This document shows positions 12,179 through 23,865 of a DNA stretch of 37,888 bases, in pieces; position 1 is the first letter of the stretch; the number at the start of each line of letters is the position of its first letter. The position numbers and the translations under genes are program-made. The stretch is from Callorhinchus milii. Its lineage: Eukaryota. The stretch is taken from the NCBI RefSeq assembly GCF_018977255.1, contig NW_024705514.1, forward strand, positions 1 through 37,888, read 5' to 3'. Under the pieces are notes generated by a model. That model had not been told where the DNA came from. It ran no database searches and saw nothing but the letters and a program-made list of their open reading frames with translations.

Positions 12179-12322
12179 AATTTCGATTTAAAGCTTTCGT
12201 GACTGCAGGGATTCATCTTCTTGGTTCTTTCGGTAAAGTCACGTGAGAATTATTTTATTATGTTTTATTTTTATTATTTTATTACTTCCCTTCTACGTGA
12301 CTTTACCGAAAGAACCAAGAAG
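12179..12322. mobile_element. Inverted Penelope pLTR fragment (family A), 14-bp TSD
   Basis: TSD accttccactgtta at 12165-12178 and 12323-12336; left part matches 26364-26427, right part is the opposite strand of the same pLTR. Confidence 0.85.
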
Positions 12323-12446
12323 ACCTTCCACTGTTATTAACAAACACTGCCTTCATTATCATTAGCCATTGTCTATCCGCTGCTGGATAGTGGTTTTTTG
12401 TATTGTTATTGTATCATTCTGACCCCTACCCCGACTGGATGTCTGT

Positions 12447-12660
12447 TTTTCAGTTTTCAGTTTCATTTATTAGGTAAAGCCCTGTGAGCCATTCGGCTCT
12501 TGAATTGGGTGCAACCGCAACCAAACAAACAAAAAACATAAACATCTAGACATGACTTAACCGAAAGAACCAAAGAATAATTCCTGCAGTCACGAAAAAC
12601 ATTCTTAAAGTGACTAGTGCAAACAGAAAATCCAGGAAAAAACAGCATAATCTTCCAGAA
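12447..12660 (-). mobile_element. LINE/SINE 3' tail fragment, containing a small pLTR piece at ~12553-12597
   Basis: On - strand ends AATAAATGAAACTGAAAACTG; homologous to 23363-23530. Confidence 0.55.
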
Positions 12661-12926
12661 AAAGAGCTAATAGCTCATCGGATTCCTCCAGTTTAAATAA
12701 ATATTCTGTTACTGATCTTGCAATGGCTTGGGCAACCCTATCTAGTGCAGGTACTAAAGGTGTTTTTTTTTTTAAAGATAAAGTTATGCAACCGGCTAAC
12801 ATTTCGACTGTTGACCATTTTTCAGAGTTCGACTATTGACACGCACGATGGCATTCATGAACTGTCGGTTCCTAGGCAAGAAGCGTTGTTCCCATTCACA
12901 TATGATAAGATAAACATACATGGATG

Positions 12927-13196
12927 ATCTTCTTGGTTCTTTCGGTAAAGTCACGTAGAAGGGAAGTAATAAAATAATAAAAAATAAAACATAATAAAAA
13001 ATTCTCACGACGTTTCGGCCACAACGCAAGCAGCCGTCCTCAGGTGAAAACCAGGTCTGTCGAGGCGACAGCGTCTGAATGAAACAGCACACGTGCTTGG
13101 AGCATATATATAAGCTGGGTTGGAAGGGGGGAAAAGGGCGCCTTGACAAAAGAATATGCATATCAAGAGGAATTTAGCATATTTATGGGAAATGCA
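12927..13196 (-). mobile_element. Solo Penelope pLTR (family A)
   Basis: Highly similar to 26398-26638; TATATAA box followed by a hammerhead. Confidence 0.85.
13005..13047 (-). ncRNA. Minimal type I hammerhead ribozyme
   Basis: TCAC-CTGAGGA-cGGCTGC.TTGCGTT.GTGGCC-GAAA-CGTC^GTGA; core intact, stem I TCAC/GTGA. Confidence 0.85.
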
Positions 13197-13343
13197 GGTA
13201 TGTGATTAGTACTACTTATGCCCGTGAGTTCTGCTTTACATTGATGCAGTTACATAACTGCTGGCACGTGGTGGCGCTTACACAAGTGAACACCAAGCAA
13301 AGTGGAAGAATGTCTCGGGCATCCTGTAGTGTGTTACTTGTTG

Positions 13344-13733
13344 GGGGCCGTCCATAAATGACGTCACGCACCTAGCGGGGGGCGGGGGTCAGACATGTGT
13401 GACGAGGGGGGGGGGGGTGAGAAATGTGACGTCACATCAATACGAGCAACTTTAAATTAATATAGACAACACGTTTCTACTTAATTAAATAGACTTTTTA
13501 TAAATGTTTTCTCCTACAACATCAGAGTGCAGCGACACATTAAATACGCACTACAATGACAATAGTTTAAAGCGATTTGAAGCATGTTTTATTTGGGGGG
13601 GGAGGTGGGGAAAGCTTTGTGACGTCATATTTGAGGGGGGGGGGGGGTCTGAGTTTTTGTGACGCCGTGTGACGAAGGGGGGGGGGGTCAAAAAATCGTC
13701 CAAAATCGCGTGACATCATTTATGGACGACCCC
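13344..13733. mobile_element. MITE, PIF/Harbinger-like
   Basis: TIRs GGGGCCGTCCATAAATGACGTCACGC / GCGTGACATCATTTATGGACGACCCC; flanks ttg/tta. Confidence 0.8.
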
Positions 13734-14074
13734 TTAGAGTCGTCTCCGTTCAAATACAAATGAAATCGTTACACGCTTCACGCAACTAATTAATGTGGAA
13801 CAACAATACTCCTCTACATTAGTGTCAAGATCCAGGAAGAGAGTTAGGCCCAAAACTAAACTGTAGTCCGTAAACTATAGAACATCAACAGCAGATTAAC
13901 ATTTGAGAAAAGCCATTGTTTTTTCAGAACTCAAGTTGTTTTACATTAAAATGGTGTGTGACAATCACACGTGATTATGAGCAGAATTACCACGCACTAT
14001 TAATGTCTGGTCATCGACATGTGGTTGATGCAACCACATGTCAATGTTGACGCAACGTTGTATAATTACCGTGA

Positions 14075-14285
14075 TTCTTTTCCGAATGGCTGGTGTTGAT
14101 GTAAAGCAACAACTACAGTATCATTTTATGTTCATGCGTTTGATCCAGACAATTGCTGTGATGCCTCATTCGTATTGTGAAAGGGGCGTTGAATCATTAT
14201 ATCTTCCATGGTCTGTTTTGGTTGAACGTAGTCGCACACTATTGGGGAGTTTTTATTTTCCATTTGTGCATCGAGTATCCGCATA
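14075..14285 (-). mobile_element. RTEX-like LINE 3' fragment interrupted by a MITE
   Basis: CGYSMHKWKIK..VCD; similar to 7400-7630. Confidence 0.55.
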
Positions 14286-14630
14286 GGGCCATCCATTTAG
14301 TAGGTACGTAAAAAATTGTCAAAACTTGACCCCTTCCCTGTACGCACGTGGACTTTTTACACCCCCCCCCCCCACCTGCGTACCTACGATTCACCCCCCC
14401 CACCCCCCGGATCCTACAGAACGGCCGATATTTAATCCACGCAGAAACGATCAAGGATTGATACTATTAACGTGTTTAAGCAAACAGATAGTCCACCGTG
14501 CATTATTATCGAGCTTCACCCCACCCGTTCCTATGCTAGTACATTGTCAGTAGACCCCCCCCATACGCAAGCGTACGCATTTGGGTTAACCCCCCTTCCT
14601 CTCGATGCGTACGTACTAAATGGATGGCCC
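14286..14630. mobile_element. MITE, PIF/Harbinger-like (second family)
   Basis: TIRs GGGCCATCCATTTAGTAgGTACG / CGTACgTACTAAATGGATGGCCC; 3-bp TSD ATA. Confidence 0.8.
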
Positions 14631-14890
14631 ATATGACATGGCATGGGAATGAGGTGGCAGAATGGGTAAGGACAGACTAATTTAATTGGTGAAACATCAG
14701 TGAAGATCCCCTTCATTTTATTTATTTATCCAGGAAGCCACACTTGATGGAATGACTCTTTTTCAGGAGGGTCCTGCATTGGGAGTTTAAAAAACATAAT
14801 TTTCAGACAATAAATAATATATGTTACGTTAGAGAAATATGAAAAAAGCAATGACTTTTTTTCAGGGGGGTCCTGCATTGGCAGTTTAAT

Positions 14891-15318
14891 AAGTATAACC
14901 CGTAAAAACAAAGTTTTTCACTATAAATCCTTTATATGCGTGGCAGCGACTTAATATAAAGGATTTAAAATATATTCGCCTGTGGAGGACGCGGGATCGA
15001 TCCGCGACCTTTGGCATGGGAAGCGAGGGCGCTACCAACTGCGCTACTCCGCCACGGCCTGTGGAGGGTTACGCTCTGGGCTCTTACACCTGACGTTCAG
15101 CCAAAGCATGAATGCGTTCTATTTGAATATTAAAATAATTTTTTGCCTAAAAAGTGTAAAATTTTGGGAATTTTTTTCACGAACAATAATTGTCTGGCAC
15201 AACGAGTCTGTGTGGAAATGTCAGCTCGATTGGATCACGGGAAGTGGGTTAAAAAACGACCGAAAGATTTGCACGTCCTAAGCAAGCAAGCACGCGAACT
15301 TAATATAAAGGATTTAAA
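14891..15318 (-). mobile_element. Helentron/DINE-1-like non-autonomous element carrying a tRNA-like module
   Basis: Subterminal IRs AAATCCTTTATAT/ATATAAAGGATTT, (GCTT)n, 3' hairpin gtgaaaaac..gtttttac; homologous to 15414-15716 and 24860-25184. Confidence 0.65.
14982..15055 (-). tRNA. tRNA-Gly(CCC)-like sequence (pseudo-tRNA or SINE head)
   Basis: GTGGCGGAG-TA-GCGC AGTTGGTA GCGC-C-CTCGC TTCCCAT GCCAA-AGGTC-GCGG ATCGATC CCGC-GTCCTCCAC; D and T arms intact, A/B boxes present, anticodon stem broken. Confidence 0.55.
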
Positions 15319-15413
15319 TATATATTTTCAGACAATTAATAATGGATGCTACGTTAGAGAAAAATGAAAAAAGCCATTAAAAAAATGCTTGGCTTTCTTG
15401 AGACAGTTACCTA

Positions 15414-15716
15414 TTTAAATCCTTTAAATTAAGTTCACTTGCTTGCTTGCTTGCTTACGACCGTGCAAATCTTTCGGTCGTTTTTAACCCACTTCCCGTG
15501 ATCCAACCGAGCTACATTTTGCACACAGACTCGTTGTGGTGACAATTGATTTTCGTGAAAAAAAATCCTAAATTTTACACTTTTTAGGGAAATTTTCTTA
15601 AATATTTAATTACCAATTGCTTAATGGTGCAGACAATCATCTGACCCATAGGTGGCAGCCATCTCAAGCCAGAGGACGAGAGGATTTATAGTGAAAAACT
15701 TTGTTTTTACGGGTTA
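15414..15716 (+). mobile_element. Helentron/DINE-1-like element, copy 2
   Basis: Same 5' end, (GCTT)n and 3' hairpin as the other copies. Confidence 0.65.
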
Positions 15717-15881
15717 ATTTTTTAGAACTCCAAACGTTTCCTGTTTATGTACTCATGCTGCGTGGGTGACCATTTGCCATTGTTTGACATTGCGTAAAAC
15801 TTGCGAAACTTCGCAAACTTGCCCATATTTGGTCAGCAGCTGGCCTACCTTATCAGGATAACAGCTTGTTTATATATTCAG

Positions 15882-15925
15882 CCAAACGTATGCAATCGAA
15901 ACATTCTGTGCCTTTCGATTGGCCC
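15882..15925 (+). CDS. Putative exon of unidentified gene (PNVCNRNILCLSIGP)
   Basis: tatattcag acceptor, CC|gtaaga donor, phase 0-2, joins in frame to 20600. Confidence 0.45.
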
Positions 15926-15949
15926 GTAAGATGATTCAGGATCATATAT

Positions 15950-18900
15950 ATGGTTCACACCCACCCACTTCTTCAGGTGGTTGTCATGGTTTCACACACA
16001 CCCACTTTCCTCTCGTGGTTGTCATGGTTTCACACCCACTCACTTTCCTCTCGTGGTTGTCATGGTTCCACACCCACCCACTCGAATAGTTGTCATGGTT
16101 TCACACCCATCCACTTTCCTCCAGTGGTTGTCATGGTTTCACACCCATCCACTTTCCTCCAGTGGTTGTCATGGTTTCACACCCACCCACTTTCCTCTCG
16201 TGGTTGTCATGGTTTCACACTCACCCACTCCAATAGTTGTCATGGTTTCACACCCATCCACTTTCCTCTCGTGGTTGTCATGGTTTCACACCCACTCACT
16301 TTCCTCCATTGGTTGTCATGGTTTCACACCACTCAATAGTTGTCATGGTTTCACACCCATCCACTTTCCTCCAGTGGTTGTCATGGTTCACACCCATCCA
16401 CTTTCCTCCATTGGTTGTCATGGTTTCACACCCACTCCAATAGTTGTCATGGTTTCACACCCACCCACTTTCCTCCATTGGTTGTCATGGTTTCACACCC
16501 ACTCCAAAAGTTGTCATGGTTTCACACCCATCCACTTTTCTCCAGTGGTTGTCATGGTTTTACACCCATCCACTTTCCTCCATTGGTTGTCATTGTTTCA
16601 CACCAACCCACTTTTCTCCATTGGTTGTCATGGTTTCACACCCATCCACTTTCTTGTCGTGGTTGTCATAGTTTCACACCCACCCCACTCCAAAAGTTGT
16701 CATGGTTTCACACCCACCCACTTTCTTCTCGTGGTTGTCATGATTTCACACCCACTCCAATAGTTGTCATGGTTTCACACCCACTTTCCTCTTGTGGTTG
16801 TCATGGTTTCACACCCACCCACTTTCCTCTTGTGGTTGTCATGGTTTCACACCCACCCACTTTCCTCTTGTGGTTGTCATGGTTTCACACCCACCCACTT
16901 TCCTCTTGTGGTTGTCATGGTTTCACATCCACCCACTTTCCTCTTGTGGTTGTCATGGTTTCACACCCACCCACTTTCTTCTCGTGGTTGTCATGGTTTC
17001 ACACCCACCCACTTTCCTCTCGTGGTTGTCATGGTTTCACACCCACCCACTTTCTTCTCGTGGTTGTCATGGTTTCACACCCAACCCACCCACTTTCTTC
17101 TCGTGGTTGTCATGGTTTCACACCCACCCACTTTCTCTCGTGGTTGTCATGGTTTCACACCCACCCACTTTCCTCGTGGTTGTCATGGTTTCACACCCAC
17201 TTTCCTCTCGTGGTTGTCATGGTTTCACACCCACCCACTTTCCTCTCGTGGTTGTCATGGTTTCACACCCACCCACTTTCCTCTCGTGGTTGTCATGGTT
17301 TCACACCCAACCCACCCACTTTCTTCTCGTGGTTGTCATGGTTTCACACCCACCCACTTTCTTCTCGTGGTTGTCATGGTTTCACACCCACCCACTTTCC
17401 TCTTGTGGTTGTCATGGTTTCACACCCACCCACTTTCCTCTTGTGGTTGTCATGGTTTCACACCCACCCACTTTCCTCTTGTGGTTGTCATGGTTTCACA
17501 CCCACCCACTCCAATAGTTGTCATGGTTTCACACCCATCCACTTTCCTCTCGTGGTTGTCATGGTTTCACACCCACTCACTTTCCTCCATTGGTTGTCAT
17601 GGTTTCACACCCACTCCAATAGTTGTCATGGTTTCACACCCATCCACTTTCCTCCAGTGGTTGTCATGGTTTCACACCCATCCACTTTCCTCCATTGGTT
17701 GTCATGGTTTCACACCCACTCCAATAGTTGTCATGGTTTCACACCCACCCACTTTCCTCCATTGGTTGTCATGGTTTCACACCCACTCCAAAAGTTGTCA
17801 TGGTTTCACACCCATCCACTTTTCTCCAGTGGTTGTCATGGTTTTACACCCATCCACTTTCTCCATTGGTTGTCATTGTTTCACACCAACCCACTTTTCT
17901 CCATTGGTTGTCATGGTTTCACACCCATCCACTTTCTTGTCGTGGTTGTCATAGTTTCACACCCACCCACTCCAAAAGTTGTCATGGTTTCACACCCACC
18001 CACTTTCTTCTCGTGTTGTCATGATTTCACACCCACTCCAATAGTTGTCATGGTTTCACACCCACTTTCCTCTTGTGGTTGTCATGGTTTCACACCCACC
18101 CACTTTCCTCTTGTGGTTGTCATGGTTTCACACCCACCCACTTTCCTCTTGTGGTTGTCATGGTTTCACACCCACCCACTTTCCTCTTGTGGTTGTCATG
18201 GTTTCACATCCACCCACTTTCCTCTTGTGGTTGTCATGGTTTCACACCCACCCACTTTCTTCTCGTGGTTGTCATGGTTTCACACCCACCCACTTTCCTC
18301 TCGTGGTTGTCATGGTTTCACACCCACCCACTTTCTTCTCGTGGTTGTCATGGTTTTCACACCCAACCACCCACTTTCTTCTCGTGGTTGTCATGGTTTC
18401 ACACCCACCCACTTTCTTCTCGTGGTTGTCATGGTTTCACACCCACCCACTTTCCTCGTGGTTGTCATGGTTTCACACCCACTTTCCTCTCGTGGTTGTC
18501 ATGGTTTCACACCCACCCACTTTCCTCTCGTGGTTGTCATGGTTTCACACCCACCCACTTTCCTCTCGTGGTTGTCATGGTTTCACACCCAACCCACCCA
18601 CTTTCTTCTCGTGGTTGTCATGGTTTCACACCCACCCACTTTCTTCTCGTGGTTGTCATGGTTTCACACCCACCCACTTTCCTCTTGTGGTTGTCATGGT
18701 TTCACACCCACCCACTTTCCTCTTGTGGTTGTCATGGTTTCACACCCACCCACTTTCCTCTTGTGGTTGTCATGGTTTCACACCCACCCACTTTCTTCTC
18801 GTGGCTGTCATGGTTTCACACCCACCCACTTTCTTCTCGTGGTTGTCATGGTTTCACACCCACCCACTTTCCTCCATTGGTTGTCATGGTTTCACACCCA

Positions 18901-20590
18901 CCCACTTTCCTCTTGTGGTTGTCATGGTTTCACACCCACCCACTTTCCTCTTGTGGTTGTCATGGTTTCACACCCACCCACTCCAATAGTTGTCATGGTT
19001 TCACACCCACCCACTTTCATCTCGTGGTTGTCATGGTTTCACACCCACCCACTTTCCTCTCGTGGTTGTCATGGTTTCACACCCACCCACTTTCCTCTTG
19101 TGGTTGTCATGGTTTCACACCCACCCACTTTCCTCTTGTGGTTGTCATGGTTTCACACCCACCCACTCCAATAGTTGTCATGGTTTCACACCCACCCACT
19201 TTCATCTCGTGGTTGTCATGGTTTCACACCCACCCACTTTCCTCTCGTGGTTGTCATGGTTTCACACCCACCCACTTTCCTCTTGTGGTTGTCATGGTTT
19301 CACACCCACCCACTATCCTCTTGTGGTTGTCATGGTTTCACACCCACCCACTTTCCTCCATTGGTTGTCATGGTTTCACACCCACCCACTTTCCTTTTGT
19401 GGTTGTCATGGTTTCACACCCACTTTCCTCTTGTGATTGTCATGGTTTCACACCCACCCACTTTCTTCTCGTGGTTGTCATGGTTTCACACCCACTTTCC
19501 TCTCGTGGTTGTCATGGTTTCACACCCACCCACTCCAATAGTTGTCATGGTTTCACACCCACCCACTTTCATCTCGTGGTTGTCATGGTTTCACACCCAC
19601 CCACTTTCCTCTCGTGGTTGTCATGGTTTCACACCCACCCACTTTCCTCTTGTGGTTGTCATGGTTTCACACCCACCCACTATCCTCTTGTGGTTGTCAT
19701 GGTTTCACACCCACCCACTTTCCTCCATTGGTTGTCATGGTTTCACACCCACCCACTTTCCTCCATTGGTTGTCATGGTTTCACACCCATCCACTTTCCT
19801 CCATTGGTTGTCATGGTTTCACACCCACCCACTTTCCTCCAATAGTTGTCATGGTTTCACACCCATCCACTTTCCTCCATTGGTTGTCATGGTTTCACAC
19901 CCATCCACTTTCCTCCATTGGTTGTCATGGTTTCACACCCATCCACTTTCCTCCATTGGTTGTCATGGTTTCACACCCATCCACTTTCCTCCATTGGTTG
20001 TCATGGTTTCACACCCACCCACTTTCCTCCATTGGTTGTCATGGTTTCACACCCACCCACTTTCCTCCATTGGTTGTCATGGTTTCACACCCATCCACTT
20101 TCCTCCAATAGTTGTCATGGTTTCACACCCACCCACTTTCTTCTCGTGGTTGTCATGGTTTCACACCCACCCACTTTCCTCCATTGGTTGTCATGGTTTC
20201 ACACCCACCCACTTTCCTCCATTGGTTGTCATGGTTTCACACCCATCCACTTTCCTCCATTGGTTGTCATGGTTTCACACCCATCCACTTTCCTCCATTG
20301 GTTGTCATGGTTTCACACCCATCCACTTTCCTCCATTGGTTGTCATGGTTTCACACCCACCCACTTTCCTCCATTGGTTGTCATGGTTTCACACCCACCC
20401 ACTTTCCTCCATTGGTTGTCATGGTTTCACACCCATCCACTTTCCTCCAATAGTTGTCATGGTTTCACACCCACCCACTTTCTTCTCGTGGTTGTCATGG
20501 TTTCACACCCACTTTCCTCTCGTGGTTGTCATGGTTTCACACCCACCCACTTTCCTCTTGTGGTTGTCATGGTTTCACACCCACCCACTT
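15950..20590. repeat. Tandem array of a 38-bp unit (~120 copies) with higher-order duplications
   Basis: Consensus GGTTGTCATGGTTTCACACCCACCCACTTTCCTCTCGT with cttgt/ccatt/caata variants; ~1281-bp block duplicated (16764 vs 18045). Confidence 0.97.
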
Positions 20591-20599
20591 CCGCCGCAG

Positions 20600-20681
20600 C
20601 GACCTTATATGCACCTCAAACAGTGTCACAGGAATGCGGACGGAGTTTTGTTCAGCTGCTGAAAAGAAGGTTCACGTGAAG
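20600..20681 (+). CDS. Putative exon of unidentified gene (DLICTSNSVTGMRTEFCSAAEKKVHVK)
   Basis: cacttccgccgcag acceptor, AAG|gtgagt consensus donor, phase 2-0; the only frame open to the donor. Confidence 0.55.
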
Positions 20682-21134
20682 GTGAGTTGCGATTACTTTT
20701 GGCACGTACCCTCGTTTGTTTACACACGAGTATTAACATTTAAAACACATATGTTTAATAAGTTTTGTAATTCACGCTACAATCAATGTGGAGGTTAATC
20801 TGCCCGAAGCGATTAATATTTAGCTTTCTATTTAACAGGTTTTTTCAAAAGATTTACAAACGATTCCTTGTTTTTAGTTTCGTCGTTTATTTCGCCTCTT
20901 TTTGTCTCTTCTCGCCTGGTTCAACAACAACAATCTACTTGATTTTGTTGTCTTCTGAAATCGAACGCGCTCATCGCATACCGTGTCAACCCATACGGCT
21001 AGTTAACCCGTTCTTCTTGTAGACGGGGAATTGAGTTAGCACGTCCATATGGCGGCCGTACAGCTGTTTCAATAGGGGCAACAACGAAACCTGTGTCCAT
21101 TTGTTTGATTTGAAGCTTCCCCTTGTGATGGGAC

Positions 21135-21441
21135 TTTTTACACGGTGTCACAAAAAGTCAGACCCCCCCCCCCACTTCAAATATGACGTCACAAAGCTCT
21201 GCCCCCCCCCCCAAAAAAAAAACATGCTTCAAATCGCTTTAAACTATTGTAGTGCATATTGTATGTGGCGCTGCACTCTGATGTAGGAGAAAACATCTAT
21301 TAAAAAGTCTATTTTCTAAATAGATGTTGCGCATTTGGATGTGACGTCACATTTCTCACCCCCCCCTCCCCTCGTCACACATCGTCACAAATGTCTGACC
21401 CCCCCCCCCATAGGTGCGTGACGTCATTTATGGACGGCCCC
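21135..21441. mobile_element. Partial inverted copy of the 13344-13733 MITE
   Basis: Ends GCGTGACGTCATTTATGGACGGCCCC|taa; internal homology. Confidence 0.75.
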
Positions 21442-21679
21442 TAAATAAAACGGCGGTATTAATATGCGCGCGTACCCCCCGGGTAGTTAAGCCCTAATCC
21501 GCAACACACAAAGGCTAATGCTAAAGGATTGTATGAACATGCACTGAGCTTTACAGTAAATATTTTTACATTTTAAATGGTAAAAATGTACATGATGCAA
21601 TACAAATAACTGCATCAAACTGCCAAAAGGCGATAACTCTGCTGTTCACAATACTCAGGGTTTACCTTGCTGTAAGTAC

Positions 21680-21790
21680 CACAGGCACTCCTTGACATAC
21701 GCGAGAGATGCGTTCCTGGAAAAATACGCGCGTATCTCAAAATCGCGTATGTCAAAAGCAATTTTCCCATAAGAAATAATGATAAAGGAG
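21680..21790 (+). mobile_element. Tigger/pogo-like DNA transposon end fragment
   Basis: cagg..ccttgacatacgcga..gttcc..ttttcccataagaaataatg resembles Tigger-type termini. Confidence 0.35.
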
Positions 21791-22129
21791 GGGGTTATGG
21801 GATTTCACTCACACTCACAGACATAATCGTCTATATTATCCTAGCCTATATCAACACAATACATGTACATGCAATATAATACTAGGTCCTTAATTATTAA
21901 CCAGCTGTGTTCCTTTGCTACATACAGTATCTTCTCATTAAACAGGACCCTGCGGGGTGAGCTGGTAGGAATAATACTTAGTACCGGTACAGGGATATCG
22001 ACCGGGTATAGAGGAGTTAAAGAAAAAATTACTGTATTCTAGTGTAAAAGTTAATTAAAAGTGTTTGTTTTGACAAGAAACGCTGTGAGATTTAAAGACC
22101 CCCCACCACCACCCCCCACCACCACCTTC

Positions 22130-22700
22130 TGCACTAGGCCTCGCGAAGCCTGCCGCACTAGGCCTCGCGCCGTGCTTTTCGTGCACAAATAAGGCGATTA
22201 AATGTAGCCCGTCTCTGTGTTAATAAATGTTTCTTGTCTCTGTGTTAAAAAAACGTGCTGCGTTTCAGTAAAGTATTTTTTTTATAAACGTGCTTCGTTT
22301 CATCTCTGTGTTAATAAGCCTGCCGCACTAGGCCTCGCGAAGCCTGCCACACTAGGCCTCGCGCCGTGCTTTTCGTGCACAAATAAGGCGATTAAATGTA
22401 TCTCGTCTCTGTGTTAATAAATGTTTCTTGTCTCTGTGTTAAAAAAACGTGCTGCGTTTCAGTAAAGTAATTTTTTTTAAAAACGTGCTGCGTCTCAGTA
22501 AAGTAATTTTTAAGCGAAGTTTAAAGTTTTGCCGTGATGCACCGGAAGCGACGGCCATCTTGTTTAATTCACAGATCGCAGGGGAGCGGGCGGCCATCTT
22601 GTCGGACAGGGTCATGCCAAGTGTTTGCAGTAGGGGGCGATGTTGATACACGGACGGACGGACGGACAGTCGGACGGACGGACAGACACATTAATCTATT
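22130..22700. repeat. ~194-bp tandem duplication plus (GGAC)n microsatellite, probably a DINE/Helentron-like element
   Basis: 22131-22275 repeated at 22325-22469; cggacggacggacggacag tract at 22651-22690. Confidence 0.55.
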
Positions 22701-22729
22701 GGTGGTCTGGTCCACTTCGTTCCTACCAG

Positions 22730-22861
22730 TATTATCCCTTCACCACCTGTGCCCCTTCCTCTCCGGATGTTAGACATCTGGCTACCTGTGTTCTAAATGA
22801 TCCCTTCACACTAGTTATCGTGAACTGTGGCAACGCTATTGGGTCGTGGTGCCAGGCCCGG
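22730..22861 (+). CDS. Putative exon of unidentified gene (YYPFTTCAPSSPDVRHLATCVLNDPFTLVIVNCGNAIGSWCQAR)
   Basis: tccacttcgttcctaccag acceptor, CGG|gtagcg donor, 132 nt, phase 0-0, 4 Cys. Confidence 0.5.
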
Positions 22862-23064
22862 GTAGCGTATGTCGCGTTGTGGATTACGTTATTCAGAAAA
22901 TTACCTTGCGTATGTCAATAAAATGTCTTCATACAAAGCGCGCTTTATTCCAAAATGGCGTACCACAAGCGTGTAAACCGAGGATTGCTTGTATGTTGAA
23001 CTTCTTTTGCACCATACGTGCTAATCGGAGGTGCGGGGGAAGGTCAACTAAAAACAAAAGGCAG

Positions 23065-23330
23065 TTCTAAAGAGTGAGTTTTCAATATAAATGATTTAAA
23101 ATTGCATAGCTCCAGTGGCTTCCTAATATCAAAAGGAAGAGCGTTCCAGACGGCCACAGAAGAGCTTTGTCGGCCATCGGATTTCTCCAGTATAAATACA
23201 TATTCTGATTTAGAAGCGCATCTGAAAACGCGTGATGCAGTGACCATCTTTTGTTCGATGGCGAGCCAAAAGACGCTGCGAGGATGACCGGAATTCGCAT
23301 GATGGCCTATGCTCCATGAGATCAGCAAGG
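23065..23330 (-). mobile_element. L2-like LINE 3' fragment
   Basis: SVAVWNALPFDIRK..CNFKSFILKTH. Confidence 0.55.
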
Positions 23331-23362
23331 TATTGTGGTTAATTTGTGGCAAGCATGTGCGT

Positions 23363-23530
23363 TTCAAGTTTCATTTCAAGTTTCATTTATTAGGTATAGC
23401 CCTGTGAGCCATTCGGCTCTTGAATCGGGTGCAACCGCAACAAACAAAAAAACATGAACAAGAAAACATCTTAATGTGACTATGTGCAAACAGAAAATCC
23501 AAGAAAAGACAGCAAAATATTGCAGAAAAA
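23363..23530 (-). mobile_element. LINE/SINE 3' tail fragment (same family as 12447-12660)
   Basis: Shared tttcatttattaggt.agccctgtgagccattcggctcttgaat.gggtgcaaccgcaac. Confidence 0.55.
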
Positions 23531-23865
23531 GCACCGTACACCAACGCTGTGTGCAAAAATCCCAGTGGGATGCAAGTCAAACAACAACAACAACAAGACA
23601 ACTTAGATTAAGGCCATCAGTCTAACTCCGTACTACAACAAACAAACATGGCCAAACCAAAACACTTTTCAAAAATCACCAAAATAAAGCCATAAAAGCA
23701 ATGAAACAGTGATCATAGGAACAAACAGTGATCACAGGAACGAGTTCGACCTTATAATGTATTCGTTTGTCAACCACAAGCCATTCCAGCTCAGCGACAA
23801 TGCAACGTTGCTGACAAAAGTTGGTCTGGAAATCCTTTTCAGTTGTGACCTTAATGTTATGCTTT

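Noticed and set aside
11453..12363. Short repeat aacactgccttc at ~11453 and ~12343
   Set aside because: Only 12 bp exact; compatible with chance
15950..20590. CRISPR-like array
   Set aside because: No unique spacers, no cas genes, eukaryotic context
15950..20679. Long ORFs (up to 944 aa) of SWFHTHPLSS/GCHGFTPTHF repeats
   Set aside because: By-product of a stop-free 38-bp unit cycling through all three frames; the same peptide appears in every frame
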